Shown piece by piece: positions 30,162 through 35,909 of a stretch of DNA of 35,909 nt. The number at the start of each line of letters is the position of its first letter. The first letter of the stretch is position 1. The notes beneath the pieces were generated by a model. The model saw only the letters and a list, made by a program, of their open reading frames with translations, was not told the origin of the DNA and did not search any database. The translations under genes were made by a program, and so were the position numbers. This DNA is from Deltaproteobacteria bacterium (GTDB lineage Bacteria; Myxococcota_A; UBA796; UBA2385). Location: assembly GCA_016845285.1 (NCBI GenBank), contig JAERSX010000320.1, forward strand, positions 1 to 35,909. The letters run 5' to 3'.

Positions 30162-30841
30162 CGCCCTTCGAGGCCGAACAGCTCCTGCTCGACACCTCCA
30201 CCCTCGGCCTCGACGCCGTGGTGCAGTCGCTGCTGTTGAGCTTCATCCTGGGGCTCGTCGTGGCGGCGGTCTATCGGTGGTCGCTGCCCGAGCGCATCGT
30301 GCCGCCGCAGCTCATGGCCTCGCTGGCGCTCCTGCCCATGATCACCGCACTCGTGATGATGGTCATCGGCAACAGCCTCGCGCGGGCCTTCTCGCTCGTG
30401 GGCGCGCTGGCCATCGTTCGCTTCCGCACCCGCCTCCGCAGCACCTGGGACATCTCCTTCGTGTTCTTCGCGCTGGCCGTGGGCATCGGCTGCGGCGTGG
30501 GTGCCCTCGAGAACACCGCGCTCGGCACCCTGGTCATCGTGCTGGCCGTCGTGGTGCTCGGCGCGCTGCCGTTCACGCGCGCCGCCTCGGATGTACAGAC
30601 CCTGCGCTGCGACGTCGCCGCCTACGAGCTCGGCGAGGGCGCGCTGGCGCCGCTCATCGACAAATACGCCCGGCGGCGCTGGCTCACCACCGCGCAGTCC
30701 CAGCGCTTCGGCGAGGCCATGACGCTCACGTACCGCATCGTGCTGAAACGAAAGGCCCGTTTGGAGCCCCTGGTTCGCGAGCTCTCGGCCCTCGAAGGTG
30801 TGGAACGGGTCACGCTCATGAGCGAAGAGGGCAGCACTTAG
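30158..30841 (+). CDS. DUF4956 family membrane protein
   Basis: Signature GNSLARAFSLVGALAIVRFRT, several TM helices, and a C-terminal ACT-like soluble domain. GTGA overlap with the VTC gene. Confidence 0.92.
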   Translation: MTPFEAEQLLLDTSTLGLDAVVQSLLLSFILGLVVAAVYRWSLPERIVPPQLMASLALLPMITALVMMVIGNSLARAFSLVGALAIVRFRTRLRSTWDISFVFFALAVGIGCGVGALENTALGTLVIVLAVVVLGALPFTRAASDVQTLRCDVAAYELGEGALAPLIDKYARRRWLTTAQSQRFGEAMTLTYRIVLKRKARLEPLVRELSALEGVERVTLMSEEGST

Positions 30842-30870
30842 GGCAAACTGCGGAAACGCACTGGAGAGAG

Positions 30871-31542
30871 ATGATGCGCCCCACGCTGATGGCCCCCATG
30901 TACTTGCTGTTTCCACTCACGCTGTTGGCCTGTGGCGACAAGGCGGGAGGCTTCGACTCTGGCGCTACCGTCACCGAGGACTGCACCGACGGTGTGGACA
31001 ACGACGGCAACGGTGCCGCCGACTGCGCCGACGCCGCTTGCGCCGACGATCCGGCCTGTGCCGAGGACGACGACGACGAGGGCGGCGACTCTGGGGGCAC
31101 GGGTGGCAACACCGACTACCCCGACGTGCTCGTCAACGAGTTCATGGCGAGCAACGCCACCACCCTCCAAGACGTGACCGGCGCCTGGCCCGACTGGATC
31201 GAGCTCTACAACGCATCTGACGAGACCGTCGACCTCGCGGGCTGGTTCATCACCGACAACCTGGACAACCAGGACAAGAGCGAGCTCCCCAGCTTCGTGC
31301 TCGAGCCCGGTGAGTTCCTCATCCTGTACGCCGACGACGACCAGGAAGACGGAGAAGACCACGTCAACTTCAGCCTCGACGCCGCTGGCGAGCAGATCGG
31401 CATCTACGGCCCCGACGGCTCCATGGTCGACGAGATCGAGTACGGCGAGCAGGCCACCGACGTGAGCATGGGCCGGGTGCCCGACGGCAGCAGCACCTGG
31501 GAGGTGCTCGACAGCGCCTCACCCGGCTCCAGCAACGAGTGA
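30871..31542 (+). CDS. LTD lipoprotein with Cys/Asp-rich metal-binding-like motif
   Basis: GGAGAG RBS with ATG 30871. Lipobox LLA-C. EDCTDGVDNDGNGAADCADAAC. LTD motifs VNEFMASN, DWIELYN, VDLAGWFITD and SPG. Confidence 0.85.
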   Translation: MMRPTLMAPMYLLFPLTLLACGDKAGGFDSGATVTEDCTDGVDNDGNGAADCADAACADDPACAEDDDDEGGDSGGTGGNTDYPDVLVNEFMASNATTLQDVTGAWPDWIELYNASDETVDLAGWFITDNLDNQDKSELPSFVLEPGEFLILYADDDQEDGEDHVNFSLDAAGEQIGIYGPDGSMVDEIEYGEQATDVSMGRVPDGSSTWEVLDSASPGSSNE

Positions 31543-32964
31543 TCAGGCCGGGGACACCGCCAGGGTGTCCCGCGGTAGGGCGCCGAGCTCCTCGTAGAGC
31601 CACACGTTCGCCCGGATCGCCTTGCCGAAGATGCCGAGATGCATGGACTCGTTGGGTCCATGCGCCGTCGTCTTCGGATCCATCACGCCGTTGAGGATCA
31701 GCGGCAGGTCGCCGTACTTGCGGCCGAAGAGCGCCACGAAGGGAATGGAGCCACCCACGCCCACCTGGAGCAGCTTGCGGCCCCAGACGCGCTCGTAGGC
31801 CCGGTCAGCGGCCTCGAAGGCCGGCCCTCTCGGCGTGTAGAGCCAGCTCTCGCCGTCCCAGCCCGTGGGCGACACGGTGACCTTGACGCCACCCGGCGGG
31901 TTGGTGGTCACCACCTCGGTGATGGCGTCCCGAAGCTCGTCCGCCTCCTGCCCTGGGGCGAGCCGCACCGAGAGCGTCGCTGTGGCCTTGGTGCGCAGGG
32001 CGTTCTTCTTGGTCTCGGCGGTGGGCAGCGTGGTCGCCACCACCGTCAGCGACGGCTGACGCCAGAGCCACTCGGCCGGCGAGCGCCCATGGGTGGGCAA
32101 GGGGTCGACCCCATCGATGATGTGGGCGCCGTCACGGATGATCTCGGCGTTCAGCGGCACGTCCCAGGAGTCCCGCCGCCAGTCGTCATCGATGTCCTCG
32201 ACACGCCCCACCTTGAGCCGGCCGTCCTCGTCGGTGAGCCGCGCGATGAGCCGACACAGGGCCACGCTCACATCGGGCACCATGTTGCCCCAGAGCCCGC
32301 TGTGGCCGTCGGCATCGAGCGCCTCCACAGCGAGCTCCAGCTCCATGAGGCCGCGCAGGGACACGGTCAGGCCAGGGATGTCCACCGAGGGATTCTCGCA
32401 GTCGGTGAGCACCATCACGTCCGAGGAGAAGGCCTCGGGGAAGGTGTCCATGTAGCGCTCGAGGTTGGGGGAGCCGATCTCCTCCTCGCCCTCGATGAGC
32501 AGCTTGAGGTTGCAGGGCAAGCCACCAGACTCCTCGAGCCAGGCGCGGATGGCGGCGAGATGGCTGACCCAGCCACCCATGTCGTCGGCGCTGCCCCGGG
32601 CGTAGAGCCGACCGTCGAGCTCCACACCCTCGTGGGGATCGGTGCGCCAGGGCTCGCCCTTCACGGGCTGAAGATCGAGGTGACCGTAGATCAGCACGGT
32701 GGGAGCGGAGGGGTCGGCATGCAGCCACTCGGCGGCCACGCATGGCAGGGTGCCCTCGAGGTGGAGCAAACGGGCGTTGTCGAGGCCCAGCGCCGACAGG
32801 TCGTCGCGGATTCGCTCGGCGAGGCGATGGACGTCGTCGAAGTGACTCGGATCACACGAGATCGCTGCGTAGGACAGGTAATCCTTGAGACGCGCGACGG
32901 TCTCGTCGAACTGTTCGGTTGCCCGACGCTCGACAGCGGTGGCGGAGCTCGCGATGGTGGACAT
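31543..32964 (-). CDS. M20/M25/M40 family metallopeptidase (dipeptidase-like)
   Basis: GGAGGT RBS with ATG 32964. YGHLDLQP, YARGSADDMG, EGEEEIGS, GGSIP and AHGPNE. Confidence 0.93.
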   Translation of the reverse strand: MSTIASSATAVERRATEQFDETVARLKDYLSYAAISCDPSHFDDVHRLAERIRDDLSALGLDNARLLHLEGTLPCVAAEWLHADPSAPTVLIYGHLDLQPVKGEPWRTDPHEGVELDGRLYARGSADDMGGWVSHLAAIRAWLEESGGLPCNLKLLIEGEEEIGSPNLERYMDTFPEAFSSDVMVLTDCENPSVDIPGLTVSLRGLMELELAVEALDADGHSGLWGNMVPDVSVALCRLIARLTDEDGRLKVGRVEDIDDDWRRDSWDVPLNAEIIRDGAHIIDGVDPLPTHGRSPAEWLWRQPSLTVVATTLPTAETKKNALRTKATATLSVRLAPGQEADELRDAITEVVTTNPPGGVKVTVSPTGWDGESWLYTPRGPAFEAADRAYERVWGRKLLQVGVGGSIPFVALFGRKYGDLPLILNGVMDPKTTAHGPNESMHLGIFGKAIRANVWLYEELGALPRDTLAVSPA

Positions 32965-33019
32965 GACACCTCCCAGAGGGCGCGCATCGTAGATCACCCG
33001 ACGCCCTCACGGGTCGGAG

Positions 33020-35035
33020 CTACCAGCTGTCCCCGCCGGAACCGCCGTAGGCTCCGATGTCGGCGGTCGTGCCGTCAGCGTCCAGCAGCGCGGGATCTCC
33101 GGCATCGATGGAGGGCGACACCGAGTGCAGACGGAGGTCCCAGGCGGCGGGGTCGGCGCTGCTGATGTCGGTGTAGACCGGGTCCTGGGCCAGGTTGCCG
33201 TCGGTGCCCACGGGGTCGTCCATGCCGCTCCAGGTGTCTGCGCCCTGGGCTGGCACGTTGGTGTAGGTCCAGCTCAGCGCGTCGAGCTCGGTCACGAGCA
33301 CCGCGCTGCCCGCGCCCTCCCCTCCACTGCTCGAGACACTGTTGTCGACGATGTTGAGGTGGGAGACGGTGGCGGTGCCTGGCTGCTTGTCCATGGAGCC
33401 CACGAAGAGTCCACCGCCGTGGGCGTCGGCCTCGCCCGTGGAGATGACCGCGTTGCCCACGACGTCTCCGAAGTGCAGATCGAGCGGCTGGGAGAAGGTC
33501 CAGGCGTCGATGCCACCACCGCGGGCCGAGTCGAGCACGGCCTCGGCGGTGTTGCCCGCAGCGATGACCTGCTGGAGCGCGGGCGCGGAGTCCACCGGGT
33601 TGATGTGGACGCCCCCGCCGCGCGCGCCCCTGTAGCCGTAGATGTCGTTGCCGCGCAGGTCCACGTGCTCGAGCGCGGCGCCCTCGGTCAGGTACAGCCC
33701 CCCGCCAAAGGCGTAGCCGCTGTGGGAGGGGAGGGTCACCTCGGCGCGAAGGGTGTTGGCGTGGGCCGTGAGGTGGGTGACCGTGGCGCCCGGATCGTCG
33801 ACGTGCGCCGTGCCGTAGACGTAGCTGGCGGTCTGCGAGGTGGTGGTCAGGTCGTTGTCGCTGAGATCCAGCGCAGCCCAGGTGCTCTCGAGCTCGGTCT
33901 CGGACCAGCCCACCAGCGAGAGCACCCCGTACGAAGTGGCCGACTCGGGGGAGCTGAGGCTCACGCTGCAGCCCGTCACGCTCAGCCCGCTGACCGTGGC
34001 GGCGGCGCCGGACACGCGGGCGAACCACCCTTGCTGCTGCGCCGACTCGGTGCAGGCCAGACCGAGGTGGCTGTCGGTCATCGACAGGTCGCTGCCCGTC
34101 AGCGCGCCACCGTCGAGGAACAGCACGCCTCCCGTCGCGTAGCAGGAGCTGGGCTCGCCGACGCTGCTGACATCGAATTCACTCACCTCGAGACCCATGA
34201 GGTCGAGATCCGACTCGGTGGAGTAGATCAAGCCCCCTTCCGTGCCGAGGGAGCCTTCGGCTGAGCCCTGCTCGTAGGTGATCGTCACGTCCGAGACGGA
34301 GATCTCCACCAGCGACAAGGTCGCTGAGCTGGCACGCACGAGCAGGCCCCGGAGGTCGCCCCCGTCGCGGAGCACCGCGCTGTGCCCGGTGAACACCAGG
34401 TCTTCGAGATGTGCCTCGCTCCCGGCCAGCCTCAGCAGGCCCCCTTCGATGGGGTCTCCCTGGGTCACCTCGGCTCGATCGATGCCGGTCACCGTGAACC
34501 CTCGGAGCGTCAGGGCCCCGACCTGTGAGTCATCGACCACCCCCTCGTCGTCCAGGTTGTCCACGGTGAGCAGGGGCAGCTCGCCGGCCAGGTCGAGGGT
34601 GGTCTCGGCCGGGCCCGCACGGCCCGTGATCGTCAGGGTCCGGCCAGTCAGGTCGAGGCGCTCGGCGTAGGTGCCCGGCTCCACACAGATCTCGGAGCCC
34701 TGTCCGACAGCGTCGACGGCATCCTGCAGCGTGGCGTAGGTGGAGGGCACGGTGTGCCGGTCGATGCTGCCGTCGCAGTCATTGTCCACGCCGTCGCAGC
34801 CGACCTCGTCCGCATCTGGGTGCACGGCGGGGTCGGTGTCGTCGCAGTCGGTCTCCTGGTCGAAGCCGTCGCCGTCGGCATCGAGCGGCCCCGCGGTACC
34901 GCCCGTGTCGTCCGCTGAGGCCGTGTCAGCGGTGTCCGATGGCTCCGGGGACTCTGGGACGGCGCCCCCTCCACCCTGCTCCTTGTCCCCGCAGGCCACG
35001 AGGGCGAGGCAGAACAACAGGGGTCTCGGGCGCAC
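33020..35035 (-). CDS. Lipoprotein with putative metal-binding (MopE-like) repeat and right-handed beta-helix (pectin-lyase fold)
   Basis: Lipobox LVA-C. DADGDGF...DCDD...VHPDADE..CDGVDNDCDG. VPSTYATLQDAV...PGTY. GG/N ladder repeats. C-terminal SPSIDAGDP...DIGAYGG. Confidence 0.85.
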   Translation of the reverse strand: MRPRPLLFCLALVACGDKEQGGGGAVPESPEPSDTADTASADDTGGTAGPLDADGDGFDQETDCDDTDPAVHPDADEVGCDGVDNDCDGSIDRHTVPSTYATLQDAVDAVGQGSEICVEPGTYAERLDLTGRTLTITGRAGPAETTLDLAGELPLLTVDNLDDEGVVDDSQVGALTLRGFTVTGIDRAEVTQGDPIEGGLLRLAGSEAHLEDLVFTGHSAVLRDGGDLRGLLVRASSATLSLVEISVSDVTITYEQGSAEGSLGTEGGLIYSTESDLDLMGLEVSEFDVSSVGEPSSCYATGGVLFLDGGALTGSDLSMTDSHLGLACTESAQQQGWFARVSGAAATVSGLSVTGCSVSLSSPESATSYGVLSLVGWSETELESTWAALDLSDNDLTTTSQTASYVYGTAHVDDPGATVTHLTAHANTLRAEVTLPSHSGYAFGGGLYLTEGAALEHVDLRGNDIYGYRGARGGGVHINPVDSAPALQQVIAAGNTAEAVLDSARGGGIDAWTFSQPLDLHFGDVVGNAVISTGEADAHGGGLFVGSMDKQPGTATVSHLNIVDNSVSSSGGEGAGSAVLVTELDALSWTYTNVPAQGADTWSGMDDPVGTDGNLAQDPVYTDISSADPAAWDLRLHSVSPSIDAGDPALLDADGTTADIGAYGGSGGDSW

Positions 35036-35117
35036 GGGAATCCTCCTCGAGGCCCAGAGTAGTCTCAGCCACCGCCGCCGCGGGCGCTACCCGGCGGTCC
35101 GCTCCAGGCACACCACC

Positions 35118-35909
35118 TCAGTCGGGGACGCGGTCCTGGTAGACCGCGGCTCGCTCCTCAAGCCACGCGTACAGATACTCTTTCTCTTCTTCGTAGTCGG
35201 TCCAGTCGTTGTACGAGTTGCGAGAACCCGCCCAGCCCGAGTAGCTGCGGTAGGCATCGCCCCAGCGATCCCAGTCCCGGGCCGCGGCCTCGTCGATCTC
35301 CTCGTAGTAGCCATCGACCTGGGCCAGCATCCATACCAACTCAAAGGGGCCGTCTGTGCGCATGGATCTGAAGCGATCCCAGAGAGCCTCTTCACTCGAA
35401 GACACGCCCTGGATGGCCTTGAAAACCCGATTTGTGCTCTCGTACTCGTTGATGTCGTCGACGTCGATGCGCAGGGTGTACCAGTTCTGCCCCCAGGCGT
35501 GGTTGAAGTCCCAGGGCACGTACCGCCACGTGTCTTCGCTTGGGTCATGGTACAGGTAGCTGTTCTTTCCGGCCGAGTCTTCGCTGAGCGAGTAGGAGAC
35601 CAGGAGGAACCAGTCCATCCACTCCTCGAGGCTGAAGTGGTCGCTCGCGTTGGCCACGAGCTGGGCATCCGAGCTTCCGCCCGTGAAGGCGACCAGCTCC
35701 TCCAGATCGCTGAAGTCGGTCGATGGCTCGCCTTCCTTCTTTTCGTAGCCCGACGAGAGCGAGCTCTTCGCGTTGCCCGAGGTATCGGTGAGGTAGAAGT
35801 TGGCGTTGTGGTTGACCGCCTTGTACAGGTTGCCCGAGCTGTCGAAGCCCATGTGACGGATGAACTCGTTGTCCGGGCGGTCCAGTCCGATGAACAGGCC
35901 GTTGTAGAC
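35118..35909 (-). CDS. CotH kinase family protein (CotH-3), 5' end outside the window; close paralog of CotH-1
   Basis: Frame is open to the window edge (VYNGLFIGLDRPDNEFIRHM...). GNLYKAVNHNANFY, YEKKEG, DSAGKNSY and VPWDFN...GQNWYT. Confidence 0.9.
   Translation of the reverse strand, partial: VYNGLFIGLDRPDNEFIRHMGFDSSGNLYKAVNHNANFYLTDTSGNAKSSLSSGYEKKEGEPSTDFSDLEELVAFTGGSSDAQLVANASDHFSLEEWMDWFLLVSYSLSEDSAGKNSYLYHDPSEDTWRYVPWDFNHAWGQNWYTLRIDVDDINEYESTNRVFKAIQGVSSSEEALWDRFRSMRTDGPFELVWMLAQVDGYYEEIDEAAARDWDRWGDAYRSYSGWAGSRNSYNDWTDYEEEKEYLYAWLEERAAVYQDRVPD

Overview
This is GC-rich bacterial DNA, almost certainly Myxococcota, judging by a MYXO-CTERM sorting tail and many lipoproteins with acidic Gly/Asp/Ser/Thr linkers. 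From left to right: (1) a >2214-aa FAAL-ACP-KS-AT-ACP-aminotransferase-(TE) megasynthase on the minus strand, which runs off the window and is missing from the ORF track, lying divergent to a CarF/TMEM189-like His-box lipid desaturase; (2) a secreted alpha/beta-hydrolase-like protein and an extremely acidic small lipoprotein; (3) an operon of lipoprotein, 11-heme cytochrome c lipoprotein and beta-propeller lipoprotein; (4) a cutinase/chlorophyllase-like hydrolase; (5) TetR, methylmalonyl-CoA mutase small and large subunits and meaB, interrupted by a DUF2141 gene; (6) a ~15 kb cell-surface locus with three CotH-family kinases (one partial), three lamin-tail-domain (LTD) lipoproteins, two paralogous phytase/SdiA-regulated-like propellers, and a translationally coupled HlyD-VTC polyphosphate polymerase-DUF4956 unit, interspersed with an M20 peptidase and a beta-helix lipoprotein. 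The best candidates for an undescribed system are a putative polyphosphate-export / extracellular-kinase system (6) and the amino-lipid synthase with its desaturase (1). All family calls come from motif recognition by eye; no database searches were run.
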